Under the pieces are notes generated by a model that saw only the letters and a program-made list of their open reading frames with translations, ran no database searches and had not been told where the DNA came from. A DNA stretch of 64,000 bases from Coniocarpon cinnabarinum (taxonomy: Eukaryota), in contig JAVECO010000027.1 in NCBI GenBank assembly GCA_051942205.1, forward strand, positions 1 to 64,000, read 5' to 3'. Of this stretch, positions 1 to 12,052 are shown in pieces (within the stretch, counting starts at the first letter, position 1; each line of letters starts with the position of its first letter). A program made the translations under genes and the position numbers.

Positions 1-330
1 TACGGACCAGGAACATACGGACCAGGAACATACGGACCAGGAACATACGGACCAGGAACATACGGACCAGGAACATACGGACCAGGAACATACGGACCAG
101 GAACATACGGACCAGGAACATACGGACCAGAACATACGACCAGCATATAACTAAGTACATGCAACCAAGAACATACAATCAAGAACATACAACCAAGTGA
201 TGTACATACGACCATCATACAACCAAGTGATTTACATCCAAGAACATACAACCAAGAATATACATCCAAGCGTATACAACCAAGAACATAAGATCAAGAA
301 ACATACAATCAAGTACGTACAACACAAACA
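1..330. repeat. 15-bp tandem repeat (TACGGACCAGGAACA)n, degenerating into CAAGAACATACAA-like units
   Basis: About 8.7 perfect copies at 1-131, then degenerate units to about 330; runs off the window edge. Confidence 0.9.
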
Positions 331-825
331 CACAATCAAATACACTCGAAATTATATCACCACACACAGAATCACGCTCCAAGGCATGAGAGAGAGCAAG
401 CAACATAGAAGCCAGTATCCTAAAACGCGACAGAAATACAGGTCCTGTGACAACTGCATCTCCGAAACCTCCCTTCTCGCGATTATTGCAGCAATCAATG
501 TGCGATAATGACTTTGAGACATCGGAGATGACGATCTTCTAACGAAATTCTCCCCTTGCAGAGCTCCTGGTCTTGCAGAGCTTTCTCAGGTTGCAGAGCT
601 TTCTCAGGTTGCGGGTGTTTTTTATCTCCGAGGTTTCTAATTTGAAACGGCTTCTCTCCAGTTTGCAATGATGGCACCCTTAGTGTGCTCTTCTTAATTC
701 ACCCCGGAAGCTTGAACACGCGAGATTTCTGAGTGCGAGTCTGTCAGGCTCCAAGGTCTATGGGCGCTGATGATGTGAGTCTGGGTTTGCATCATCTCGG
801 AAATGAGTGTAGGGTTCGTTGTTGA

Positions 826-1020
826 GCGTCGTCCTATGCGTCGTCCTATGCTTCGTTCTATGCTTCGTTCTTGAGCTTCGTCCTATGCTTCGTTCTACGC
901 TTTGGTTTACGCTGCGTCGTTGAGCTTCGTTCTTGAGCTTCGTTCTTGAGCTTCGTTTTTACGCTTCGTCGTTGAGCTTCGTTCTTGAGCTTCGCCCTTG
1001 AGCTTCGTCGCTGAGCTTCT
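826..1020. repeat. 12-13 bp minisatellite (TGAGCTTCGTTCT-like)
   Basis: Many imperfect copies of (T)GAGCTTCGT(T/C) and TATGCTTCGT(T/C)C. The mixed period argues against coding. Confidence 0.8.
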
Positions 1021-2200
1021 GCGTTCCATTGGCGTCTTGAAGCTCCACTCTCCGTTCGTGCTACGCAGCTAGTCCAAGAGTCTTGTTCTCAATGCCGCGT
1101 CTACAATACTCGTTCGGCAGGCTCGTTCGGAAAACTCGTCCGGAAGACTCATCCAGAAGACTCATCCAGAAGACTTGAATAGCTAAAGTGGTGAGATGAG
1201 TGAATCTCGCTTCACAATATTCATCACATACGCAAAGTATGCAAGATCATTCAGAAACGAGAGCTCAATCAGATCGAGTAAGATCCAGAAAGCCCGTTTT
1301 CGATCTCCGCAAGATCGTCCAGCATGAAGTTGCCGATATCACATGATGGAGACCACCACGGCGTGAAGGAGGTGCCATGTCTTCGATTTGGAGATAGGAG
1401 GTCATGTATGCTTGATTATACCATGAGGTAAGGTTAGTACGTGCTCGGATAGAAGATGATGGCGATGTAGAGGTTCTGGATTGCGCGAAATGGATGAAAC
1501 CGGGAGGTGGAACGTACTGGGTAGAATAACGGGGATCTATGAGATGTGCCATGTTCGCTTACCTGTAAGTACCGGGCCTAATGAGTATGCTTAATCAACA
1601 CGACCTTGACGGTTGTGTGGTGCTAGCTTCAGTGATGCAATTCCGGATGTCTTGCCGAGGACGATCTCGCTTGAAGGCAGTGGACATGAAGACGGCAGGA
1701 CTGTACAAAGTTGCAGGTGATGGTGCAGGTTTTCGAACGTTGTGCTTGAAAGTGATGCATCCAGGGTTGGTGTTCATCTACAAGAATGTTCGCCTGCGCT
1801 GTCTGAGTTTTTCAAGGCATGAGTAGCCAGCACGTCTCGAGAATACGTTGAAATGTTAGTAGAATGGGCCATGTCAGACGGACATGATTTTGGTAAAGAT
1901 TACCCTACGTAGTTTACCCTGACCGTAACGATCCGGACATACTGAAGTGGCGGAATCGCCGCCCAGGATGACATGTTAACACGACCTAGGGCGAAGGATG
2001 AAGGTTTCCTGAAGTATTGTTATAGTAACGAAGATGCCGATAAAAAGCGCAATGGAGCGTGTAGTTGCAGCATATGAAACAAGCTCAAATAATGTTTTCG
2101 AGTTCCAAAGAGAAACACGGTGCCGTGCAACTTAGCAGCGCATTCAGTCAGGAATCGCTGCTCGTGCTACCCTTTCGAAATAAGCACGAGACTTGATAGC

Positions 2201-2846
2201 ATGCTTGAAAGCTATAGCAACGGCGTGTACTGTCTTCGTGAACAGCACAAATTACCAGCGCATACTACCAGCTATACCACACAGGTACGCAGCAAACATA
2301 CACATTTTCCTGAACTGTATCCTTGAGAGTCAATGCGCTATCTGATCCACCAGCGTGTCCGGCCACTCGTTGACATAAAAACCAATTTTCTACACGAGGT
2401 ACGAGCTTGGTCTAATGTTCTTGCGTTCTTCAACGATGGCGTGTGCTGTTTAGTGAGCTAGCGCCCTCTGGCCAAGAAGAATAACATGTAAAGCTACAGA
2501 AAAATCGACAGGAGAGTCACGGACGACGATCTTGTGTGCTGCAGGGACGAGACTTGGTGTTTGACTAAGCAGCACGCTAGACGGACCGCCGCTGATGAAA
2601 GTGCACCTAGAAGCAGGTTCAAAGGTCATGCAAGACATTCGCATGCTTTTGAGAAACGATAGACGAGAGGTGCTGTTAGTGGATCCAGCAAATTGGACTG
2701 CGGCTGCTATACGCTTCTATCAGAAAGCCGTCGCATACCATACTCTTGCTCTCTTCGAAATTCCCACCGAAAGACCTGATTGTTCGTTGTTGAGTGCTGT
2801 TATTTCTTGGACCGCGCAAAAGCTTTTGCTGGACCTCTTTCGCTGA
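2201..2846 (+). CDS. Possible multi-exon orphan protein
   Basis: Open segments MLESYSNGVYCL.., RVRPLVDIK..FFNDGVCCL and ..PPLMKVHLEAG..LLDLFR*, separated by plausible splice signals (GTACGC..CTGAT..CAG; CTAAGCAG). The model is uncertain. Confidence 0.3.
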
Positions 2847-3249
2847 TGCTCCAAGCACGGCGCGCTGCTGAGATCTAGCATGGTGCAAGCTTGTTCTGGT
2901 GTATGCCGTTTGCCCAGATGATCTTGCACATTGCGTGCATTTGGAAATCCTACAATCGCTCCGTCAAAGCTCGACTTTAGACCTTGTTCGCGACAAGTCG
3001 TCGTAGCACTGGCATCCTGACTAATTCAACTAGCGATGAAACGAAACGCCGTGCTCTTCGCTCAAGGGCTGACAGAATGCTGCCTAACCCATCAGCTGCG
3101 AGCTGAACTACCCCGCAGAGCCATAAGTTGATCTCTCAGCCACGAATCGACAAGAGCTGTAGCAGGTGGGGACACGCCGAAGCCACCAGTCTGGCGCCGC
3201 CGTCTTCGAACACAGGTTCGCCCATGGAAATAGGGTACTACCTCCTTCC

Positions 3250-4869
3250 TCATTTTAAATATGGCATGGAGCCCGGAAGCGACCTCGGATTGACGAAATG
3301 CGTTCTTTGAGCCTGTATCAGAAGCAGCGCCAAGCTGATTGCCCACTAAAAGTTGCGCTTGTCAGCTTGCTGTGCACTACAAACAAACTCAATCAGGATA
3401 ACTTACATTGTGAATCCTGTGGCCTGCTGGGACTTTGCCTTCGATAACAGCACCCTCGCCGTCTTGTCTGCAAGTGAAAGGAACCGTCTTATGACCGCCG
3501 TGCGCATGACCCTGGTCGTCCTCGATCTGGAAGTCCAAAGACTCATCGTCGTTCTTTTTGACGACGCTCGCGCTAAAAGTGTGCCCGGGATTGTTGTCGT
3601 TCATCGATGTGATGAGCTCAGGGTATCCCGTCTCATGGTCAGTCTCGACATGCAAGGTGAGCGTTGCGTTCTGCTCTCCTTGTATTATGTAGATCTTGCT
3701 CCAGTCCAGCTCGAAGTTAATGGAGATACTTGGGCACATGGTCTCGCATGCTTCCAGAACTGGAATGAGTCAGCTCGAGTCTTGGCTGCTTATTCATTGT
3801 GGAGGGAGAGACTGCGCGCCAAAGACCCTCGTAATCTTGAGCTTGTCGAAATGAAGGCAGCACTTACATATGTAGAGGTGATTGAGCGGCTCAGTGATCG
3901 GCCACGTAGATGCCCATTGGCCGGCAAGAAGTGGACGATTGTTATACGATATTTCAACCGGACCTTGCGTGATCAGTGGCAAGTTTACCTTTATGTCCAC
4001 TTCCTGCCGGGCTTCATAGGTATGTGGATCGTAGACATGCGAGTGAAGCGAGAGCCCATGTTTGAGACGCTCAAGAAACACATCCTCATGTATCCTAGGA
4101 TGTAATTTCTGATGGCGCTCAATCTCACAGAGCAATAACCCCATGGACCACTGCACAACGCAGAGTAGTCAGCGGCCGAAAATCCCTCGTGCGCTCTTTC
4201 CGCATTTACGAGCGGCGAGTTGGTCAGTACGTACCATCAAGACACTGTGACCCACGGGAACAACCCCCTTGACCTGCCACTCAGGTGGTGCTATGCCTGG
4301 CATAGGGAAATCTGTGTGCGTGTAGTCATAATCGAAAATGACAGGCGCGTACGGTTGTTCAACCACGCGCACCTTGAGCTTGTCCGCATCGTGAAACATG
4401 TCTACAGTAAAGGCTTGATTGTGCTTCATCGAAATATAGTGGTATAGCTTCGGCAAGTCGGGCGTCTCACCCGCAGCCTTTTCGAGTCTCATGAGCGCCA
4501 TTTCCGCTCCACTTCTCGGCATTCGTACGACTGTATAGCCAGCGCCAACATTTCTGAAAAAGGCTGCAACCGTACCGCCTTCGAGCCAATCGGGATGCGC
4601 CGGGGTAAACACTGCATAGCAAGTAGCTTGTCAGCGCTGCACGATACGTTTGCTGTTCACTTACCCAAGGCCGCGTGCAATAGGTGCCAAACTTGGAAGT
4701 TCATGTCATGAAATCTTTCCTTCGGGATCGACTGCCATGAACCTGTAAGAAGCAGCTGGTCGTTGCAGAAGATGTAAACGTGCCACTGGAAATGAAGCTT
4801 GATACGGATGCTAATTTCGACGTCACGATTAGCCTTCAAAGTTCGTGTATCAACATCGTGTGCAGACAT
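3250..4869 (-). CDS. Orphan two-repeat beta-rich protein, copy A (5 exons, 437 aa)
   Basis: Exons 4869-4665, 4611-4235, 4150-3868, 3759-3407 and 3345-3250 join in frame (1314 nt) through GT-AG introns. The model is colinear with the paralog at 6598-8239. Confidence 0.85.
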
Positions 4870-6597
4870 CTTCCTGATGGGACTGAGTCGATGTCCGAAT
4901 CACTATGGGCGCTGTAGGGTGAAGGGATGTGCAAGGTTTGAAGACCAAGCCGAGCTGCGCGGGCACCATCGCATAGTACTTACGGCCATATCGATGGCCG
5001 GCCAGCTGCTCAGCGAGGACACGAGAGCCTTTCAAAGCGCTTTACCTGAGACATCCCTGTCATCAAATGACATGGGTGAGCAGAAGCTAGCGGGTTACGG
5101 CATGGGGCGGTATCATTGTCAAACAGATCCCACGAGCACGCAGTACGCATCTACGATCTTCCTGACATATAGTCATCTTTTGATGCCAGGTAGTGGAAAC
5201 ACTGGATGCTAACCAGACTTGGACGAAACAGAGTTTATGCATTGACACGTGGCCAGGTGAGCATAAGCATGACGTCACTGAACTGCCGCAGACTGCGTGC
5301 TTGTGGGTGAGAAAGCAGATGGAGACAAGTAGAAGACAGCTAGGGCTAAGATCGTAAGTCAAGTCAGGGAAAGGGTCAATGATCGATTCGCAGAAAACAG
5401 AGGCTAGATATCCCAGTTGATCGCATTCTATGAGAACTCTCACAAGCGTTCGCCCACCCACCCCTTCAAAGACTCTACAATTCTCTTGTCCAGTGAAACA
5501 TGTCTTTCGCACGATTACCGCTCTTCTACGAAGCGTCGTGCTGGTTCCAAAATCCATAGGTCAAGCATGGGAATCATTGCGCCGCTCAGTGGCGTTGTTC
5601 AGAGTCTGTTTGCGACCGGGGTCGTGACTAAACTCGTAAATTCGGAATCCGACCTGGTAAGATGAGACTACAATTTTGAGCAGGCGCAATTGCTGCTGCG
5701 AGAATGTGGATGCCACAAAGGCGGTGGGGCATAGTGAATAGGGCTTTGTAAATCAGGGTCGAGTATCTAGCGGGAAGAGATGTCCTGTTCATGGAGCAGC
5801 ACAGCATGCCGCTTGCCTGGCGGCCACGAAGCGGATTGAAAATGATCTGTTGCATTCCTATGCTTTCCAGAGAGAGAATGGAGGCTGCTAAGTTGCGCAA
5901 AGTGGCACGCTAATCGTTACGTCTATGATATATTGCGCACCAAGCAAGTGGTTTGGCTGTCTATTGTGCTGTGGCATCTGAGCGGCTGTCTAGCAGAGCA
6001 GTCAGTCCAATCATGCTGAGACACACGACGTCCGGCACCTACACAAGTATGCCGACTATAAAGTCCGTGACCTTTCTCGCGTCTTTCAAGTCGATATGGG
6101 CTGTTTGACTTGGCAGCGTCCACGTCTAATAATGGCGTTAAAAGCACAAGTTTACAATATTTAAAGTACAGCGAATTGGATTTGCTGTTTTCACCTACCT
6201 CAGCGGGAGTTTGTGTACCAAGCACTAAATTGCATAGAGTAGTAGAGACAAAAACATGCAAGGTTGTGCATAGATCGACTAGACGGTTGCTCCACTAGGC
6301 TCACGCGTTCTTAACAGACATTTCGTGCTCTTTGCGTAGTCAGCGTACCACGCTGTTTCGCCTTAGTAAAAAAGCTGACTGGACACCAGTCTCCTACGCC
6401 CGAACAGACTTGTCAAGATCGATTTGTCTCCACGAGTTGGTGCAAGAATGACCGGTCCTGATCAAGGGATAGGTTGTTTCCAAAGTTGTGAGAGTCACAG
6501 CGGTGGGTCCCATAGGGATATCGATTCTATTGCTCCGCGGCACAACATGCGGCTTTGCACAGATCATTGCTTCATTGTCTGTTGTCATTTGGTGCAT

Positions 6598-8239
6598 CTA
6601 GTGCTGCTGCCAGATTTGTGGGTGACGATTGCTTGCTCGATCCCGCAAGAGCTCGAGAACCGCCAAACTGACCGCCCACTACTCATTCGACTCGTTAGCT
6701 TCAGACACGCAAGTATTTGGAAGCAGCATAGAGACTTGCATTATGAATCCTGAAGCCTTGGAGAACTTTCCCTTCAATCAAGGCACCGTCACCATGGTTA
6801 TTACAGGTGAATTGAGCGCTTTTGCGGCCGCCATGCTCAGGGCCTGCGTCATCCTCGATCTTATACTGCGCCGATTCACCAGCCTTTGCAGTGACGACGC
6901 TCGCTTGTAAGTCCCCACCAGAGTGTTCCTTCTGGTCATGCAGTGTAAGCTCAGGGTAATTGTTCTGGTCTGTCCGGACGCGAAACGTAAGTTGCCCATA
7001 CTGGTCCTCTCCGTTCTCTCCTTGGAAGTATTGATAAATGTGTATTTCGCTCCAATCCTTATTGGGCACCACAGCGAATCGCGGGCACATAGTCTCCTCC
7101 TCGTACGCGTCAAACACTGTTCTCTGTTAACTCATGCGCCAAAGCTGCTCGTTCACCACACTGTGAAGATTTTGCAGTAGGAAAGTATGAAGAATTCCTC
7201 TCTCATCGAGAATGTTGGCGACACTCACATAAGTAATGGGAAAAAAGACCCGGACTATTGTCTCCCAATAGTCATTCTCCTGAGACAAGTTTGCGAGCAT
7301 TACACAACACATCAACTTTGTGACCTGTTTTTGGCAGCGCCACGTTGACGTCGATGGGCACGGATTCTTGTCGAGCCGCAAAAGTGAGCGGGTCGTAGAG
7401 ATGGGATCGATGTGTGAGGCCCTGTCCCAGTCGATTGAAGAAATGGTGTTCATGCAGCTCTCGATGACGCTCTATTTCGCAAAGCAGCAGTCCCATGGAC
7501 CACTGTAACGTGGAACATTCTTAGCAGTGTGACCTGTGGCAACAATATGCCCGCAAGATGCGCATGCACGTACCTGAAGTAGACTGCTTCCTTGTTGAAT
7601 CATTCCTTTGATTGACCACTCAGGTGGCGCCATGTGTGGCATAGGGTAGTTTGTATTAGAGTAATCCTGTTTGAATTCGAACTTGCCCATCGCATAGGGG
7701 CGCACACGAAGTTTGATCTTGTCACTGTGCGGCGGATCGTGAAACATCTCCACAGAAAAATTGGACTTATTTGTTTCGGGATTTTTGTGGACCAGCTTAG
7801 GCAGCTTGTCTGACCCATTAGAAGCAGCTTTTTCGAACATCATCAAAGTCTTCTCTGCGGAACCCTCCGACAGCCTAAAGACCGTAAAGCCTCTACCTTG
7901 CTTCAAAAAGAAGACTGCGACTTCGTCCCCTGAAAGGAATTCTGCTTTTGCAGGGGTGAATACTGCGTAGCGGATGGACGGTCAACGACAACATGCAAGC
8001 CCAACCAACGTTGCTCTTCACTTACAAAGGGCCTTCTCGAAATGATGAGTCTGGTAATGAGTCGAATTTTGCATCCTGCTCTGCGGTCCTGTCTGCCATT
8101 TGCCTATGAGAAGAGGCTGGTCCTTGTAGAGAATGGTCACGTGCCAGCCGCCGTCCCACCCAGAATGGAGCTTCAACTGGATGCTGATTTCGAGCGGGAC
8201 GTTACCTATCAGGGTCTTTGGGTCAAAATCTGCAGGCAT
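6598..8239 (-). CDS. Orphan two-repeat beta-rich protein, copy B (5 exons; in-frame TGA at 7272-7274)
   Basis: Exons 8239-8026, 7962-7574, 7502-7229, 7116-6740 and 6678-6598 join in frame (1335 nt) with the same intron positions as copy A. Intron 4 is GC-AG, and there is one internal TGA. Confidence 0.8.
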
Positions 8240-9898
8240 TTTGTCAAGCGGTTGCAAGTCGAGGCAAGTCACCAAAAGGTTGTGTGGGGATGTGTAAATC
8301 GCAATGGGTTGGATTGCGCTGCATGACACCATAGCATCATATTTGTGATCACGGCCTCGGCCGGTAGCCGCGGCGCGAGGACACGACACCTCATCTGTGT
8401 GTCTACCGTGGCTTCGCTATATAGTGTGTAGTTAGCACACTCGTCCGGTCCGAGCCATGTCTATCAACAAAGGATGCACAAGGTTCGCGACTAGTTTCAG
8501 TGGCGGGGCCGAATCATTGCAAGACAATTCCAGATCAATTAGATCGCGGATTATAGATCTACGGCTCCGCTGAGGAGCCTCGCAATCTCACGCTGGAATG
8601 TTGTGACAGCGCTCGACGCTGGCCCAAGCGCGCAAGAACCAGAGGTGAGATTGAGGTATATGGTATAGCTTGAAAAACGAGCTTGAGAGAGGACCTCTCT
8701 GGACACGTTTTGGTGTTCATTGCTTACGGCTGGGTGGTCGATGCTCGAATTCGACTGCCGGCGAGACGGGAGACGTCTCCAACCAAGGGGGCTGGTGCTT
8801 TAGATGCAGCAGGGAGAAACAGAAAAGCATGAGAAAAGGGCGCGCTCGAGGATCGATATGATTGCCTGAGAATACAGGCCCGGATAATGTCTCACCATTA
8901 TGATGACGTGTCCACCTCGGCGTTTCACTTCTCATCCTTCTATAGGTATTTTTGGCCGGGCAAACGTTAGACCAAGTATTGAACTGAGACGTGTACCCGC
9001 TGCCACTTCCAATTCGCTGCCGCGCATGCTGCCTCAATAGAGACGTTGCAGATTCGGGTGCTCTGTTTACTACCTCGCCTTGAACCCGGCGAAGAACATA
9101 ACAAATTTGATCTCCATGCCTCTTTCGCTGCACATGTCATTGTCCATGATCTCTTTGGACAATGCCTGAGAGTAAGGAGCGCTGAAATGATGTTCGAATG
9201 CTGCCTTTGAAACGAATCTACCCATGGTGCGAAATAGTCAGTTCAGTGCCTTAACCGTATATTGGCATATCACCCGCCGTCGCAAGTCATAATGATATGC
9301 CAGTCACGCCAAGGAAGCTGGCGCATACTTCTCGTGAATGATAAACGTAACCTGACCCTCTGCTTTGTTTTGCTTGTAGACAAGGTAGGACAGACAGTCC
9401 GGTTCTTGTTCCTGGACGATGGTAGCAATCTTTTTGTGCTCCTCGTCTAACTATAGTCATGGATCAACTTGGGTCATGACTTCCTGATAGGAGACCATGC
9501 AATGTTTTTGGTCTAGCACTCACTCGATCCACCCACTTTGCGTCTGGATTGACGATGCCAATGACTTCAAACACCATGCTGCAGAATAGGTTATCTATAC
9601 CCTGGAAGAAGAGATAGCAAGACAACCGAGCAACTGGCAAGACTTCGATTATAGACTCTTATGTTTGGCTGTATCGCTCTGGGAAGACTGCCGGACGCAT
9701 GACGCCCACCACATAAGGTTTCCGCAATATCCAGCTCAAACACAACCCCATAGACAAGATTGACATTCTAAACCAATCGCCGAACTTTGCTGTACTGCCG
9801 GTTTCATCTAGTCTCGCTGCCTCTCTCATCACTCACTTTGTCTGATATAACTTCACAAACGCCGCTCCATCCGCAACAACCGCAACGCAAGGCCCCAC

Positions 9899-10375
9899 CT
9901 AATCTTCCACCACCACTTCTCCACCCGCAGGATCCGACGCGTAAACGACCTTCCCGTGCTTCTTGAACGATTCGCTCGTGGCAAGCGTATCCTCCATGAA
10001 CTGCATGTAGCAGATCTTGCTCTCCTCGTCAAACCGCACCCACACGCAAAACGGACTCGTCACACTCTTACCCAGCACAGTGCTCCGGTAAGTGAACTGC
10101 CCGAACACCGCGACGTGTTCATCCTGGCCGAAAGTAGCGTGGGTCTGGAAATCCTCGGTCGTCCAGTATTGACCTACTTTTACGAAGGTGTCGATGATGG
10201 CGTCGGGGCCTGCGTTGGCGTGGGTGCCGCACCAGGGCATGATTTTAGTCAAGTTGGGGTTCGAGTAGTTGAGCGAGACGTAGGTTGCATTCTTGCTGAC
10301 CAAGGCACGGACTACTTCGGGGTTGGTGGCGTTGGCGAGAAGCTTGGTGACCTTCTCGGCATTGGTGGACGACAT
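9899..10375 (-). CDS. SnoaL-like / NTF2-fold (ketosteroid isomerase-like) protein
   Basis: 158-aa ORF with the typical pattern (..PWCGTH..GPDAI.DTF..V; VAVFGQFTYRS..GK...SPF; KI.YMQFMEDT). Confidence 0.8.
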   Translation of the reverse strand: MSSTNAEKVTKLLANATNPEVVRALVSKNATYVSLNYSNPNLTKIMPWCGTHANAGPDAIIDTFVKVGQYWTTEDFQTHATFGQDEHVAVFGQFTYRSTVLGKSVTSPFCVWVRFDEESKICYMQFMEDTLATSESFKKHGKVVYASDPAGGEVVVED

Positions 10376-10742
10376 GACTGGGGCTCCGTGTCTCGTTGGC
10401 CTTCGGTATGGAAGAGGCAGGTGGGCTTGGGTGTGCAGCAGCGATGAGCGCTATGGGCACTGGATCCAAGCCGTCTCTTTATATGGTTCAAGCAGGCCTA
10501 CAGTGACCATTCCTTTTGGACAATAACTAGGTTGCCGCATGTACTACCCGCGCCAGTAAGCGGAAGCAGCGGACATTGCGGGATCTTCTCAGGGAACAGT
10601 CCCACCAACGAGTAAGACCTGCAGTCTTGCTGCTAGACTATAAGATGCAAAGCCAAGAGTTCGTAACGTGGATACTTGATAACGTACCTCCCTGATCTCT
10701 AATCACCCGAGTAGTGCAGCGCCCTCCTTCGCAGATTCCAAA

Positions 10743-11187
10743 AGTGAGCCCACCATCCAGTCGTCACCAACCCCATATCCTAACATATGCAGTGTCCACA
10801 GACCAGGACCAAATCCATTCCCTCCTCCTCTCCTACCGCGACGGCCTCAACACCGCCTCAGTCAAACAATGCGTCTCCCTCTACGCCAGCAACGGCATCT
10901 GCATGCCGCAACATCAATCCGCCTCGACCGGCACTCAAGCCCTAACAACTTGCTACGAAGGCTTCTTCGCTATGCTCAAGTTCAACGTGCAGTTCGACAT
11001 TAAGGAGGTGCATGTCTTGACGTCGGAATGGGCCTTTGCACGGACGACAAGTCAGGGAACGACGACTTTCGTGCAATCGGGTGTTGAGAGCAGAGAGGCG
11101 AATCAGGAGTTGTTCGTGCTTAGGAAGGAGGGTGGGGTGTGGAAGATTGCAAGGTATTGTTTTTGTACAACGAATCCGCCGCATTGA
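10743..11187 (+). CDS. SnoaL-like / DUF4440-type NTF2-fold protein (ATG split by an intron)
   Basis: LYASNGICMP..WAFARTTSQG..NQELFVLRKEGGVWKIARYCF. Removing intron 10744-10792 (GTGAGC..CTAAC..CAG) creates caaA|TG TCC. Confidence 0.8.
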
Positions 11188-11584
11188 TGGAGCTTTCGGA
11201 TCGTTTGTGTCTGTAGAGCTAGACGATCGTTAATGACGCTGCTCATAGTGTCTCGTCTCATAGTTGTAATGGGGTTTAGAAGGTGTCAAAAACTGATGTG
11301 AATTCGTGCTACAAAGAGTTGCCAGCCTCTTGCAGCGTTCTCCAAGTACGCTCCCTCACTAATGTCCCGACGCCAACGCTGAGGAAAACCCCTTTGATGC
11401 AAATGCTGATCGTATCACATGCCAACGTATACATCAAGCCGACCTCGCGCGATGTCCTTGAATAAGATATGGTATGCAATGAATGTTCGATTGCGTGGCT
11501 GAGTCATCGTCAGCACGTGTCCTCGAGCACAAGTCACATAATGCAACGTACCTTTCCCTGTCCTTGGTCCAACGAACAAGTCCT

Positions 11585-12052
11585 TCAATACGTGAAGATC
11601 ATGCTGGTCCTCTTCGCATCCTGCATGGCGCTCAAGCCAGGTACAACGACATCGTCCCACGTCCCCGTCAGAGCCTTCATCGCCCGTTCCTTCTGCGTCA
11701 TGCGTCCTCTCCGCTCCCAACTCAGTCCGCGTTGCTCGTCAACAGGCCCTAGGCTCCTCGTACTGCTAGCACTGCTCACACCACATGTGCAGCGTGGCTT
11801 TCCCACTGGGACTTGCGACAGCGGCCAGTCAGAGTGCTGTTGCATCGGGGCTTTACTCTTGCTCTTCCGAGTTTTCTTGGGCTTTTTGAGGATGGACTTG
11901 GTGGGCACTTTGGGAGATGGCTTTTGCTTTGGGTCGAGGAGATTGTTGAGCTCATAAGATGGGTGTTGGATGTGGGTGTAGGATTTCGACTTTGGACTCG
12001 GACGCGTCCAAAATGGCAAGCGAAGAGAGTCAGGGCAAAGTTTGAGTGGCAT
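11585..12052 (-). CDS. Hypothetical Lys/Pro-rich protein
   Basis: Open ORF starting MPLKLCPDS; no recognisable domain. Confidence 0.3.
   Translation of the reverse strand: MPLKLCPDSLRLPFWTRPSPKSKSYTHIQHPSYELNNLLDPKQKPSPKVPTKSILKKPKKTRKSKSKAPMQQHSDWPLSQVPVGKPRCTCGVSSASSTRSLGPVDEQRGLSWERRGRMTQKERAMKALTGTWDDVVVPGLSAMQDAKRTSMIFTY

Noticed and set aside
1..131. Telomere or CRISPR array
   Set aside because: No TTAGGG-type unit and no spacers, and the context is eukaryotic.
1265..1826. Short ORFs on both strands
   Set aside because: No recognisable domain and no consistent exon model.
3353..4105. 250-aa plus-strand ORF
   Set aside because: Antisense shadow of copy A. It starts at a non-ATG codon and the equivalent frame in copy B is broken.
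7272..7274. RIP as the cause of the internal stop
   Set aside because: Canonical CpA-context RIP turns TGG into TAG rather than TGA, the region is not AT-enriched, and the paralogs look too diverged.
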